A stretch of 64,000 nucleotides of DNA from the human T2T-CHM13v2.0 reference genome, Homo sapiens: the NCBI RefSeq assembly GCF_009914755.1, contig NC_060925.1, one strand, 5' to 3'. Positions 33,398 through 51,722 of the stretch are shown here, piece after piece. Positions within the stretch are counted from its first letter, which is position 1; each line of letters starts with the position of its first letter. The position numbers and the translations under genes are program-made. Below the pieces are notes generated by a model, which was given only the letters and a program-made list of their open reading frames with translations, was not told the DNA's origin and ran no database searches.

Positions 33398-34810
33398 GCC
33401 AGTTCCTCCAAGCCTCAGGTTCCTCATCTGTGAAATGGGAGTCACAATAGCACCTTTCGTGTAAAACTGTTGTGAGCGGTTAATCAGGTAATACACATAA
33501 AGTGCTTAAAACAGCACCTGGCACATGGCAAATGTACTCATTTTTATTGAATTCACCTGTGTCTCACCTTCTCTACACAGATTGCAATTTCCTCAAGACA
33601 CTTTAATTTTTTGTTTCCCCATGATGGGAATATGAATGAGTGAAAAATAAACTTACTTACACATTTCCAGTGAAGAAGAGTTTATTCAGAGTGCTTAGAT
33701 ATGTGTGGTTTTATGCATTTAGAGAGGCCCATCCTCTCAGTGCGATGCAATGTGACACAGACTTACACCCACAACTTTCCAAACTCCCCTCCCACACTCT
33801 CCGCCACCTCCCATTCCCATATACCTACCCACATCTACCCACCCAGAGGCTCACTCCCATTTTCACACAGTCCCACACACGCATACCCCACCCCACTTCC
33901 ATACTCCTCACACACAAACACATATGACACATGCTTGCTCTCTCTCCTATCCTGAAGCAATCTAGGAAAAATCTTTTCCTCCTGTATCCTTCCTCCTTAG
34001 GGGAAATCAGGAAAAGAAAACCTGGCCTGCTGGATGTTCTGGGTCTTCAGCCTCTTATCCATTTCTGCCCCTGCTCTCCTTCATGTCTTCCACCCTCTCA
34101 TTTGAAAGAACAAACCCTGGGTGGTCTGGACCTGAGTCTCTCAGATGCCACTGAAATGGTGCCATGGTTCAGAGGTCACCAAGAAAAGGAATCTTCTCCC
34201 ATTTCCTTCTGAGGGGAAAATTCATTTCCTTTTTGAGAATACGATTCCGGAGGGAAACGATTCTTTTCTCAACCCCAGAGGAGTATAGTGAAGCCTGCTA
34301 CTGAGCAACTCAGCTACATCTGGTTTTTCCCCCTTAAGGGAAAATTCTAACAATCCTTGGCTCATCTCTGCAATGATTTTTGCATTGCCTAGGGGAGAGA
34401 GAGGAGAAAACTGACATATTTAACATCTTCTATCTGAGCGACATCATTTAAAGCTTATAACAATACAAAGTTGGATAGTTCTCCATTTTACAAATGAGGA
34501 CACTGAGCACAGAGGTGTTTGCTAACTTGTCCATGCTTACACAGTAAATAAATGGTGGTGCCAAGATGCAAATTCTTCTAAAACTGCAACTAAAAAAGTG
34601 AAAGATTCTTTCCACAATCTTCAGTCTAAAATGGGTGACTCTGCTACTCTAGAGAACAGCTTTGCCAGATGATGGCCTTATCTTACACTTGCCCAGTGAC
34701 ATGCACAACCTTTTCCATGAGGGGCCTCAATACGAAACCGCATGTGACATGGCAGCTTTGCCTTTTTAGGGAGATGGAGCCACTTCCTTTTGACTCTGGC
34801 AAGGAGCTTC

Positions 34811-35141
34811 TCCATCCATCTACCCACCCATCCATCTACACATCCATCTACCCATCCATCCATCCATCCATCCATCCATCCATCCATCCATCCACGCATC
34901 CACACATCCATTTATCCATACATGTATCCTCCACATATCTATCTACCCATTTGCTCTTCCACCCACCCAACCACTTAGCCACCCATGCATTCATCCACTC
35001 ACCCACAGATCTATTCATCCATCCATCCATTCATCCATCTACATATCCACCTATCCATCCACCCATTCACCCATCCACCCATCCAGATATCCACCTATCC
35101 ATCCACCCATTCACCCATCCATCCATCCATCGACCCATCCA
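34811..35141. repeat. Degenerate (CCAT)n simple repeat
   Basis: Direct reading. Confidence 0.95.
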
Positions 35142-35808
35142 TTTATTAATCTAACTAATAGCCTCGATTTTCTTTCTTATTTATAAAATGAAGAAAGTTG
35201 ATACAATATTTAAGTGATATAGAACATGTTAACTACCTGACATAAATAGGTTAATTAATGTTTATGCAATGGATGTCTTTTGCCTTTTTAAGGAGTCAAT
35301 TTCAAGGCGATCTTATTCCTGTGGCCCAATCATGTTCCACAAACTCTGTCCTTTGGTTTATTGCTTTGAGAAACTGGAGTGATGAGGGTGTGTTGGGTCC
35401 TTTTTATTACCTGATGAGTCTCTCTGGCTCTTGGTTGTCCATGAAGAACAATAAGAAAATCCCAGGGAGAGACAGTGGGCAGAGGACCATAAGTAAAGTG
35501 AACAAAGGCAGGAGCAGCCACAGGCTTCCCCTCACTGGAGTCAGGCGTGGGGAAGGTGTCTGGGAAGCAGGAAGTTTAGGTTAGCTTCCCCACCTTCCCT
35601 GTAGGCTCTATCTCAGGAAGAGGAAGCTTGTCCAATGTGGAGCTATAAAAATCCTCATGTGGGGCTTTGATGTATCTTCTCTGCAGGGAGCTGGGGCCTA
35701 GTTCTAGGGGGAAAAGAAGGTGAAAATCTTAAGGCCTGGGTTTGGGCTGCTATGAAGAAAGCTGGCAAAGCTGTGGCCTGGACTGACTCCTGAAGATGAT
35801 GGCAGTGA

Positions 35809-36215
<407 letters not shown>

Positions 36216-37796
36216 AAGACAGGCATTTTTATACTCATCATAAAGACGAAGAAGCTAACACTCACTGTGACAACTGGCTACCCCCCAGGGCACCCAGGCT
36301 CCACCTCTGCTCTCCTGACTTTCCCTCCAGAACCCTCTCCCCTAATCTGGAGGTCCTCTTTTGAAATGGTCCCTAGACACTGGGAGAAAGTTACTTCACC
36401 ATGTCTTGGGCAGTCTGTGACTTCCAAAATTGTGTGGAGAGAACTCTCTTAGTTTGGTTGCTGTTGTTGTTTAAGTTTTAAATTAATTAATTCAAATTGA
36501 TTTTACAGAGTACCTGCCACAGGTACTCTGTACCTTTTCTTTTCTGGGAGCTCGGCATCGAGTGGTGTGAACTAACCGAATGCAGGCGGTTGCAATTCAG
36601 TGGATGGGAGCCAGGATTCGGGAACTGGCTGCTCTGGGAGCATGGAGTTACCTTGCCAATAACATCCCAAAGGTGACTCAGCAGCTGACAGGTAGGAGGG
36701 ACTCAGGCAAAGGAAGAGAAGAGGGTCCTGGCAAGAGGAAACCCCACTTGCAAACACCAGGATGCAAAGAAGTGAGTGAGTTTGGCAAATTGAAGGAGGC
36801 TCAGTAGCTGGAGGGATGGATAGCCGGAGGCTGGAAGAAGGGGAATGGGGAGTGGTGAGACCCCAGGCCGGAGGAGGGCAGGGACCAATGCTGGAGGACC
36901 TCAGAGATCACATTGAGGAGTTGGTCTTCATCCTAGGAGCAATGGGAAGCACCTGGAAGGTTTTAGCAGGAACTTTAGATGGCTACGTTTGTGTCTGACT
37001 GAAGTGTGAAGAATGGGTTGGAATACAGGAGAAATGAAGGCCTGTGCCAGTAGATTTTTGTTTTTCTGGTTTTTTTTTTTTTAAACATGTCTTCACCACT
37101 AGATTGAGAACACTTGAAAGTTAGAGAATGAGTCAAAAAAAAAAATATGGTCCTGAGATGTCCAGGGCTCCTGCAGAAGCATGCTTCTGGGAGAGACAAG
37201 CCTTTACAATCACTGCTAGGTTGGGTGCCCACTATGTGCCAGGCAGAGCTTAAGTAGACCCAGGCCCACCCTCAAGGGGCCCACAATCTAGTGTAGTATT
37301 ATAGACAAAGAAGCCCCATCCAGGAGTGTGCACCAAATCCTATGCAAGCACCCGTACCGGCATGACAGGGTCCCTAGAGATCAGGAAGGCTTCTCAAGGG
37401 AGGTGACATCTGAACTGTGTCTTGAAGCATGGAGAAGAGTTTGGTGGTGGTGGCTAATTTTTGGTCAAAGAACAAAGATCTCAACTTTCTTAAAGGACAG
37501 TAAATCAAGAGGTTATTTCTGTCCCTTTCTAAGGAGAAAATCTTTTCAGATAGGGCTGGCAGGGTCAGTGATATGAATATCAGCTTCACAGCAGAGCTGA
37601 TCAAAGCTGGTGGCTGATCAGTGGCATGTTGGGAGACTTCACCAGGACTGCCCCATGCCTGAATTCCTCACCCATCTTGTCCCACCTCAGCTCCAACCTG
37701 ACAGCACTGGGACTTAAGTCTGTTCTGTCCTGACATATTGTTAATATAAACATGTGAAGGAAACGTGGTGGAGCATTGCCGTTAAGAGCAGATGGA

Positions 37797-38076
37797 GGCT
37801 GGGCGCGGTAGCTCATGCCGGTAATCCCAGCATTTTGGGAGGCCAAGGCGGGTGGATCACTTTAGGTCAGGAGTTCGAGATCAGCCTGGCCAACATGGTG
37901 AAACCCCGTCTCTACTAAAAATACAAAAATTAGCCGGGCATGGTGGTGGGCGGCTGTAATCCCAGCTACTCAGGAGCTGAAGCATGAGAATGGCTTGAAC
38001 CCGGGAGGCAGAGCTTGCAGTGAGCCAAGATCGTGCCACTGCACGCCAGCCTGGGCAACACAGCGAGACTCAGTCT

Positions 38077-38108
<32 letters not shown>
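37797..38108 (+). mobile_element. AluS
   Basis: TSD aagag(c/t)agatgga. Confidence 0.95.
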
Positions 38109-38111
<3 letters not shown>

Positions 38112-38257
38112 TAGATGGACCTGGCTTCACATCAGGGCTCTGCCATTTGAAGTTGCTAGGCAAGTCACCTTAACTTCCCTAGACCTTCAGTTTCCTCATC
38201 ACATAATAAGAGTAATAGCAGTGCATTCCTGCATCATGGCATTGGTGGGGAGATTCC

Positions 38258-39275
38258 TGTACCAGTTGTGCAGTCATGGGGTCTCAGCTCCAAACTCTTC
38301 TGTACTCTGCTTTGTGCTGCTGGGCCTGGGGCTCTACAAACCCCATTTCTACTCAGCCAGCTGACTCCCTCTGAAATTCTGCCAGTCGGGGTGCTAGAGA
38401 GAGCCACGCAATTGGAGGGGAAAACAGACTTGCTCCTTCTTGTATGTGTCCTGTGGGCTTCTTGTCTATTTTCCTTCCAGGAGTAGCACCTCAGCAGTGC
38501 CTTTTAACCCTGGCAGCAGCAGGGCTTCCCCATAGCAATAGCTGAAGCCAGTTTGCAGTTTTTCCAATGCTAGCAGAACCAGCTTCAGCACATCCAACTC
38601 AGAGACATCAGCACCAGACTAGCAGTATCCCCTCCTCAGGGCTCTGAGTTTCAGCTCAGAGTCCTCCCGTGAAACCTCTAAATGTTCATCATTCTAACTT
38701 TTCCCCAGTGAGGCCTATCCCTAGGATGATCGCGGCTTCCTACTGTTGCTGTCTCTATTATTCCTTATAGTTCTTGTTTGTCTGAATATAGCCTGAAGGT
38801 TTGTGTCCCTCCTAAAATTCAGGTGTTGAAATCCTAACCCTCAAAGTGGTGGTATTAAGAAGTGGGGCCTTTGGGAGAGGACTAGGTCATGAAGGTGGAC
38901 CCCTCATGAATAGGATTAGTGTCCTTATAAAAGACCTCAGAGAGCTGCCTTGCCCCTTCCACTGTTTGAGGACACATGGAGAAGATGCCGTCTATGAGCC
39001 AAAAAGCAGGACCCTCACCAGACACCGAATCTGCTGGTGCCATCATCTTGGACTTCCTAACCTCTAGAACGGTAATAAAGAAATTTCTGTTGTTTACGAA
39101 CTATCCAGTTTATGGTATTTTGTTGTAGCAGCCCAAATAGACCAAGTCAGTTCTTGTTTTTTTTTCCCAGTTACCTAGTTAACACTTTATACCTATTTAG
39201 CGATCCTTTACATGACATTCACTTTGTGCAAGAAACCGATGTGGTCTCTATCTCCTGACTGTCATAACTAATTCA
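38258..39275. mobile_element. ERVL LTR41-like element interrupted by MLT1A0 (+, ~38783-39149)
   Basis: ggtctcagctccaaa...ctctgctttgtgctgctggg...ctgccagtcggggtgctagag; insert ttgtgtccctcctaaaattc...gcagcccaaatagacc. Confidence 0.65.
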
Positions 39276-40634
39276 GATTTCTGTGAAATATTTGGTTCAT
39301 ACTAAACTCTCAATAAATGCTTCGTGTTATTATGCCTTTATGCCTAATGTATATTCACTTATTCATCTATGTTGGTTTCCTGTGGTGTTTCAGGCCCCGT
39401 GTGAGGCATTGGGGTGCAGAGCTGCAGAAGACGCAGTCCAGGCCTCATGGATCTCACAGTCGGAGTGGAGGAGACCACCAAGGACAAAGACCACCTGGAA
39501 GAGTTCTCGGTATCTCTTCCCAGAAACTCTCTTTGCTGGCTTCACTGCCTAGTTGCTCCCAGATTTCCCAGAATCCTGATGTCCAGCCACACAAGCATTC
39601 CCTGTCTGGCACATTTTCAAACACCTGTGTTTGACAGGCCTCCACAAATAATACTTATGGTGAGGATAAGTGGATAGTATTTGATGTTATTACTATTATT
39701 TGCACATCTTACCATCCTTCTTAGATGGTAAATTACTCAGGACTGATTTCCCCAAATGGCTCATTTCTGTATCAGCTTAAAGGCCCAGCAGAGTACCTAG
39801 GACATGAGAAGATATCCAAAAACAGATGGCGAATGAATTAATTCATCTAACAAATATTCTTTGAGCTTTTACTCTGAAGCAGGCACTGAGCCAGGTTATC
39901 AGGGGCACAAGAACAAAGAAAGGCAACAGGGTCCCTGCCCCTAATGAATGGATGTCTGACTCGCTGGCTGAAACTGGCCAGCCTCGGAGGACCCAGACCT
40001 CCATGGGGCTGGAAGTGGTGCCATCATCTTGGTGTGACACAGACTTCCTGGATGTCCTCTGCCTCCTTCCTGTGGAGCTGGCTGAGCTCTGGGGAGATGG
40101 CTGCCCACTGTGGTTTACCTGATGTCCTGAACACTCTCAGCTGGCAGCCAAAGGCTATATTTAAATAGCAAACATTTGCATTTTTAATGTTGACTGGAAT
40201 TGGAAAGGCAATGATAACCTTTCTAAGCTGATATTGGTTTTTACATGATTGAAACAGGCCGGGCCTGAGGCATTTCTTAAATGGAAAATTTGAAGTATTT
40301 TCAATATCAGTGAGAGTGCAGAACCATCTTGAAACACTGTGCCTGTTTGGATTTTCAGAAAATGTCACCTCCCTCCCTTGAGCACACTCAGCACCTTCGC
40401 CCTGTTCACATTTCAGGGTCATTCCTTCATTGGGTCCTCCTAACCCTCTGAGAGGGTAGACAGCCTGAGGCCTGTGTCACTGGCGAGGAAGAGTTTAGGG
40501 AAGCCCAGAGGGCAGTGGAAAGGGCTCTGGCCTTAGAACTGGCTCCGAGTACCTTCCCTACACCTCACCACTCGGGTCTTCCTAAGCCTCCTTTTCTCAC
40601 CTGTAGCATAGTAATATAAATGCCTGTTTCGTGG

Positions 40635-41310
<676 letters not shown>

Positions 41311-41651
41311 GTGCTGTTCAAATGTGCTCATCTGTAAAAATGCTTACCACCCCACACCTGGCACTTTGCTAATGCTCAAAGGTCATTAGTTCTTGTCCCT
41401 CCCCTGGCAGAGACCTGCCTAAGGTAACACGTCAAAATCAAGTGAGAACTGTAGGCTCCTGGCTCCCAGACCTCTTTCCAAGAGGCTGGGGACACAGATT
41501 AAGACATGCACAGCTGGGTTAAAGCAGAAGGACTCATTTTCATCATTACTTTATTCTGACTACCATCATTAACAAAATATGCCATGACATCCTGTCTGAA
41601 GACTTCTTGGCAACTGTATTTTCCTCCTGTTTTTGTTGTAGTAAAAGTTGT

Positions 41652-41842
41652 TGCATTGTTCCATATGCTCAATAGCCACGTGTAGCTATTTAAGTCTAAA
41701 TTAAAATTAAACACAATTTAAAATTCAGTTCCTCAGCCACAGTAGCCGTATTTCAAGGGCTCAGTGGCCACATGTGGCTAGCAGCAACCAGTGCAAATAT
41801 AGGACATTTCCATCATTACAGAAAGTACTAGTGGGCACTGCT
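41652..41842. mobile_element. hAT-Charlie MITE, MER3/MER33-like
   Basis: tagccacgtgtagctatt...gtggccacatgtggctag...catttccatcattacagaaag. Confidence 0.75.
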
Positions 41843-41844
41843 AA

Positions 41845-42182
41845 GTGAGAGAGGAGGGGAAGGGAGGGGAGGGGAGGCGAGGAGAGGAGTGGGGAGGAGC
41901 GAAATGGGGAGGGGAGAGAAAGAGAGGGGTGGGGAAGGGAGGGGAGAAGAGGGAAAGGGAGAGAAGGGGAAAGGGAGGGAAAGGGAGGGGTTGTGGGGGA
42001 GAAGTGAAGAGGGGAAGGGGAAAGGAGAGGAGGGGGAAGTGGGGAGGGGAAGGGGAAGGGAGGGGTTGGGAGGGGAGAAGTGGGGAGGGGAGGGGGAAGG
42101 GAAGGGAGAGGAAGGGAGGGAGGGAGGGGAGAGAAAGGGAGGGGAGAGGAGGGTAGGGGAGGAGAGAGGAGGGGAGGGGAGG
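41845..42182 (+). repeat. Polypurine (G/A) low-complexity tract
   Basis: Almost pure G/A with many G3-G5 runs. Confidence 0.95.
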
Positions 42183-42185
42183 TGA

Positions 42186-42635
42186 CCTATGAGATTCCTA
42201 CTGCTGCTGTAGCAAATTACTAAAATCCTAGTGGCTGAAAAATCACAAATTAATTATCTTAAAGTTCTGGATATCAGAAGTCCTAAAATCAGTTCTCCTG
42301 GGCTAGAATCAAGGTGTTGGCAGTGCTGGTTCATTCAGAGGTCCAGGAGTCCATTTCCTTGCTTTTCCAGCTTCTAGAGGCCATCAGCACTCCTCAGTTC
42401 ATGGCCCCTCTGCTATCGCTCCAACCTCTTACAACTAACTCCAGTCTTGTTCTCTCTTATAAGGATTGTTGTGATCATATCAGGCCCACCTGGATAATCC
42501 AAGATAACCACCCAATCTCAAGATAATTAATTTAATCACATCAGCAAAATCTCTTTTGGCATATAAGGCAGGATTTACAAGTGTCAGGGATTAGAATATG
42601 GACATCTTTGTGGGGCCATTATTTGGCCTACCACA
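42186..42635 (-). mobile_element. MLT1D-like LTR
   Basis: tgctgctgtagcaaattac...ggcccacctggataatccaagataa...ggccattatttggcctaccaca. Confidence 0.8.
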
Positions 42636-43263
42636 GATGGAGAGAAGAGGAGGGGAAAGGGAAGGGGAAAGGAGAGGACAAAAGAGGCAAACTGGTTTTC
42701 CAGAGCATTCCTCATTCACACACATCCTTGCACGTGTTCATCTAGGTGTGGAAATCCATCTCTGATATTTGCACATTCTGATGGAAGAGGAAAATTCTCT
42801 TCTCTGAGAGAATCAGTGCTTGAGAACTTTTTAAATTTAGTTCAACTCAACAAATATTATCGTTTAAAACTCAGATGTGATCATTTCATTCCCTGCTTAA
42901 AATAGATGGGTGATTCTTCACAACCTACTCTAAAAGCCCCAAACCATCAACATGCAAACACACACGGGCAAATGCCTCACTGGGCCTGCCAACCCACCTT
43001 CTCTGATCTACCTTGCACTTTGCAATCCTTGCCTTAGCTCCTGCTGAACCCATGGCCTGGGATACACGGAGGGCATAGCTTTACCTGTGGACACTGGGCA
43101 AAACACAGCTCAGAGGTTTTCTCCTCCCTGCTGCCTTCGCAAGCTCTGCTAGACTGATGTTCTCATCTGTGACCAGCATTTTATTTATCCGTTTTTCAGA
43201 GCATTTGCCCGGTTGTGCCATCTCTCTCCCCCACTTTCTGTCCACTGTATTCCCCATAATCAA

Positions 43264-44260
<997 letters not shown>

Positions 44261-44303
44261 TCCTCTAGCCCCCGAGACGACTCTGCACTTGGGCAGCACT
44301 TGA

Positions 44304-44870
<567 letters not shown>

Positions 44871-45218
44871 TGATAGTCTGGGGAGGCCTAGGGACCTCTT
44901 CTCAGGTAGCCGGAGAAGGAAGCCTGCCTCTCTAAATCCTTCCTGGTGCTAGTTGGGAGGGGCCTCATTCCATTGAGGGACCGTGACTCCAAGTTTCAAG
45001 TACTGACTTCAGTAAACAGGGTGGCCCACAGAGGAACCGGGAGCAACTGGGAAATATGCATGGCACCTACTGTAGTGGACAAACGGGAGAGAAGCCAGGA
45101 GCAGAACTGTTAGCCTGTAAGTTAAAGAAAAGTGCCCTATGAAAGGGGAACTTTGTGCCTTAGTGTCTAGATTGCAATATTCTGTACCTTCCCCCACCAC
45201 ATCCCTCTACACTGTGAG

Positions 45219-45527
45219 CTTTTTTTTTTTGAAATAGGGTGTCACCCAAGCTAGAGTGCAGTGGTGTGATCACAGCTCACTGCAGCTTTGATCTCCCAGG
45301 CTCAAGCAATCCTCCCACCTCAGCCTCCTGAGTAGTTGGGACCATAGGCACATGCCACCACACCTAGTTAAGTTGGTTTTGTTTTCTGTGGGTTTTGTTG
45401 TTGTTGTTGTTTTGAAAGACAAGATCCCACTATGTTGACCAGGCTGGTCTAGAACTCCTGGGCTCAAGCAATCCTGCTGCCTGGGCCTCCTTGTTGGGAT
45501 TATAGACATTAGCCACCATGCCTGGCC
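45219..45527 (-). mobile_element. AluJ
   Basis: TSD actgtgagctt. Confidence 0.9.
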
Positions 45528-47073
45528 ACTGTGAGCTTCTTGAAAACAGAAAAAAAATTCCTTATTATCATCAATATCCCCAGTGTCCAGCCCAGGGTCT
45601 GGCACACAGGAAACCCTTAATAACTATCTGAAGGATGATGAAAAGAAAGGAGAGTGGCCAAAGTCATCCTGAGCAAAAACAACAAAGCTGGAGGCATCAC
45701 ACTACCTTATGATGAGTAAGCTTCAGGGACAGTGTGCAGGGTCACAGAGCACAAAGTCGCAATTCTGCCTAGGAGGTGGGCAGCCAGGGCTGGAGGAGAG
45801 GGGAAAGGCCTCATGGAGGTGACATTTGTGCTGGTCTTTGGGTCTGCTGGCGTGGGCAGAGGAGAGGGGGAAGGATGGGAGTCAAGAGGCTAAAAGGAGG
45901 AAAGGCAGGAAAGGGAAGCTTGTTTGGAGAATGGCAGGGTGACCACCTGACCGGAATTTCAGGGGCTTGGGGGACGGTGGCAATGGGAGTGACAGGAGGA
46001 GTACACGAGGTGACTCTGGAGGGGCCAGCAGGCAAGCGGGGAGCCCTGAAAAGTTTTCAAGCAGGAAAGTGGAAGGATCACAACTGTCCTTTAGAAAGAT
46101 GACAGTGCCAGGTGAAGAGACAATGAATTGGAGGGAAGAGAGGCTGTAGGGAGGGAAAACACTTTCCCTAAATCAGGCAAAAGACTGTGGCAAGGGCAGA
46201 GATGGTGGAATGGGGGGGAAAGGGATGGAGCCGAGAGCCGTTTCTGATAACAGGGTTTGTGAACACTGTCCCCCATTTTCCCGTGCACACATCCTCCTGA
46301 GTGAAGTTTCAAGTTTGGATGACAAAATAGATGTTGATGCCATTCCTTAAGAGAGGGGACTCAGGAAGTACTAAGTTAAGGGCCAAAAGGACGAATTCCA
46401 TTTTGGACATTCTCACAGGACAACTGGGAAGATGCCCAGTTTCAGCTGGAAATACAAATCTGAAGCTGAGGAGAGTGGAGTTGAGAGTCCTCAGGGTGTA
46501 GGCAGTAATGGGGGCCATGGGGATGGACAAGCAACTCCAGGATAATTGGGGACTGCAGGGTGGCCCACACTGAGCAGTTACAAACTAGCACCTGTTGCAG
46601 TGGATAAGACAAAATGTCCGAATATGTGACAGAAATAGTAAGTTATGTTGTCAGGAAGACGAGGGATGACAAACAGCTGGAATTGCTAAAAAAAAAAAAA
46701 AAAAAAAAAATTCTTCCTGGAGAAGGTGGCTTGAAGAGAAATAGCAGGATGCACAGGATTAGGAGGCAGGAAGGAGGGAGGGGAGGATTTTGGATGGGTT
46801 TTGCTGGTGGCGGAGCAGGGAGCGTGGCCACAGGGCACTGAGGGTGCATGCTGCAAAAATACAGCCCCAGGATGGCGCAGCTAGAGAAAGAAACAAGGAA
46901 TTGATTCAGAATCCACTTTGAGGAAACTGGTCTCCATGGTTGCCTCTGGGGAGAGGAAATGGGAGTCCAGAGGGTAGGCTGAGAAGGAGACATCTCTCTA
47001 TATCCTTTTGCAACTTCTGGGTATTTTTACCTTGTACACCAATTACCTTTTTTCAGGTTTAAATAAATGGTTT

Positions 47074-47709
<636 letters not shown>

Positions 47710-47936
47710 CAGACAGCTCTTTTACATGAATTTGGTTGAGTAAGTGAATGAGCAATCCAGAGAGCAGATGAGGACAGAATGAGAAGTGGCTGGACACTGG
47801 AGCTGGCCAGCTTCCAGGGACATAGAAGTATGCCCCCGAGGTGGACTGATGAGCCAGTGCTGGATCCTAATCTTATGACTTGTGTGACTGGGGCCAGGTG
47901 ATGTTGCAGGAACAGTGCTGAAACCTCATGTTTTAC

Positions 47937-48340
47937 TGTATTAGTCCATTCTCACATTGCTATAAATAAATACCTGAGACTGGGTAATTCATAAGAAAAG
48001 AGGATTAATTGGCTGACAGTTCTTCAGGCTGTACAGGAGGCATAGCAGCATCTGCTATTGGGGAGGCCTCAAGAAGCTTCCAATAACGGGGGAAGGTAAA
48101 GGGGTAGCAGGCATATCACATGGTGAAAGCAAGAGCAAGACAGAGCCACAGGGAAGGTGCTATCAGATCTCACAAGAACTCACTCACTATCACAAGGACC
48201 ACACCCAGGGGATGGTACTAAAACATTCATGTGAAACCTGCCCCCATTATCCAATCACCTCTCACCAGGCCCCACCTCCAACATCAGGGATTACATTTCG
48301 ATATGAGATTTGGGCGGGGACACATATCCAAACTATATCA
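47937..48340 (-). mobile_element. Uninterrupted MSTA-like solo LTR
   Basis: tgtattagtccattctcacattgctataaataaatacctgagactggg...atccaaactatatca. Confidence 0.9.
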
Positions 48341-48486
48341 CTTAGATAGAGTTGTTGTGAGAGTTAAATGAGATCAACATCATGACCATCAAACATTTCT
48401 GATGACTTACTATGTGCCTGGCATTGAGCTAATTACTCACATAGTTTAATCCTCACAAAAATCCTATGAGACGATTGCCATTATTA

Positions 48487-48895
<409 letters not shown>

Positions 48896-49758
48896 CTAAC
48901 CAGGATTGAAACCTAGGCTCTCTAACTCCAGAGTTTAGTTTCTATGTGAAATAACTCACTTAGCCCAGGGTGAAACACACATAGAGCATCAGTCAGGGTA
49001 GGCCAGGTAATGCTGCAGCAACAAACAATGCTGAATCTCAGTAGCATTCCACACAGAGGTTTATTCCTCACTTATGCCAGATGTCTGGTGCAGGGTGGCA
49101 AGTATGGCTCATGAGAGTGACTCATAGACACAGGGGAGGGAGGCTTCAGCTTGAGTGCTTCTGCAATCACTGAAACAGGAGAAGGGCAGGGGAATTCTTT
49201 CCATCCAATATGACACATATCACTTCTGCTTTTCTTTCATTTGCCAAAGCTAAGGCAGTGGGGAGGTCAAATTTGACTTTATGTCCTGAAGGCGAGAACC
49301 AAAATATTCATTAACAGCCCTAATGATTGCATTTATGCACCCATTGAGTATTGACTGAATTGAAGTCGAATGACTAGTTCAGAGAGAGATGGAGAGAACT
49401 CTGTCTCAGCCAGCTGGATTTATAGAGTTTTTGAGAGTTCACAAACATAAGCACTATCAATCCTGCCCTGAAGGCCGCCGGAGGACCACTGCTTCACCAT
49501 TTCTGTGTGTCAGGCATTTCTCTGAGAGGTCTGCATGTTGCCAAGACACCATAAAGAATTCTGATTACAGGTCAAAGCATCCCAGGAAAATATAATTATT
49601 ATCTTCCAACCACTGTCATTTATCCGTTCGCCCCATCCCAGACCACCCTTTTGTGATGGCTTTTTCCTTTTGCCCTTTTTATGATTTCTCTTGTCATATT
49701 CTTTTATAAACTCACATGAGGCACACACAGAAATATGGCAAACTTGTACACTACAAAA

Positions 49759-50070
49759 TTTTTTTTCTTTCTTTTTTTGAGACAGGGTCTCGCTCTGTCA
49801 CCCAGGCTGGAGTGCAGTGACATGACCGTGGATCACTGCAGCCTCAAACTCCCAGACCTGAGCAATCCTCCCACCTCAGCCTCCCAAGGTGCTGGGATTA
49901 TGATTGTGAGCTGCTGCCCCCAGCCAGGAAATTTTCTAAACCATCTGTAAGTGTACATTTCAGTGGCAGTAATTACATTCACAATGCTGTGCAGGCCTCA
50001 CCACTGTCTATTCCCAAAACATTTTTATCACCCCATATAAAAACCCTGTACCCATTAGGCAATAACTCCT
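49759..50070 (-). mobile_element. Alu right-monomer fragment (49759-49925) plus old L1M 3' fragment
   Basis: taagtgtacatttcagtggcagtaattacattcacaatgctgtgca. Confidence 0.7.
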
Positions 50071-50454
50071 GATTAAGGTAGAAATTTTTATACTCACTTT
50101 AAAGATAAGGATATTTAGGATTAAGAACTTTGCCCAGCATTACACAGGAAATAAGTGACAGAGACAGGATTTCTGACTTTGAAGCCAGTGGTCCTCTTGC
50201 AGCAGTCAAAGCCTCTCTAGAAGATCCCTATCTGATCACTCATAGAAGGGCAGTGCGGACCATCTATTCGAGGTGGAGTGCGGTTCCTAAACTTGGGAGT
50301 GCCCCTTCAGTGGTCTGAGGAATAGACAGTCCTTCATTCACTCAACAGCATTCCAAGACATTACTGAATTACTGAGTGCCTATTAGTACTGGAGATTCAA
50401 AGATGAATAAAACTCTATGCTGCAGAAGCTCACAGCTGAGAGAAGTTACCGAGC

Positions 50455-51722
<1,268 letters not shown>

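Noticed and set aside
34669-35154. HPSI-repeat ORF; also Gly/Arg/Glu ORFs at 41845-42185
   Set aside because: Simple-repeat translation artefacts.
38378-38400. CTCF motif expected in LTR41
   Set aside because: This copy reads gccagtcggggtgcta; the AG and one G of the core are lost.
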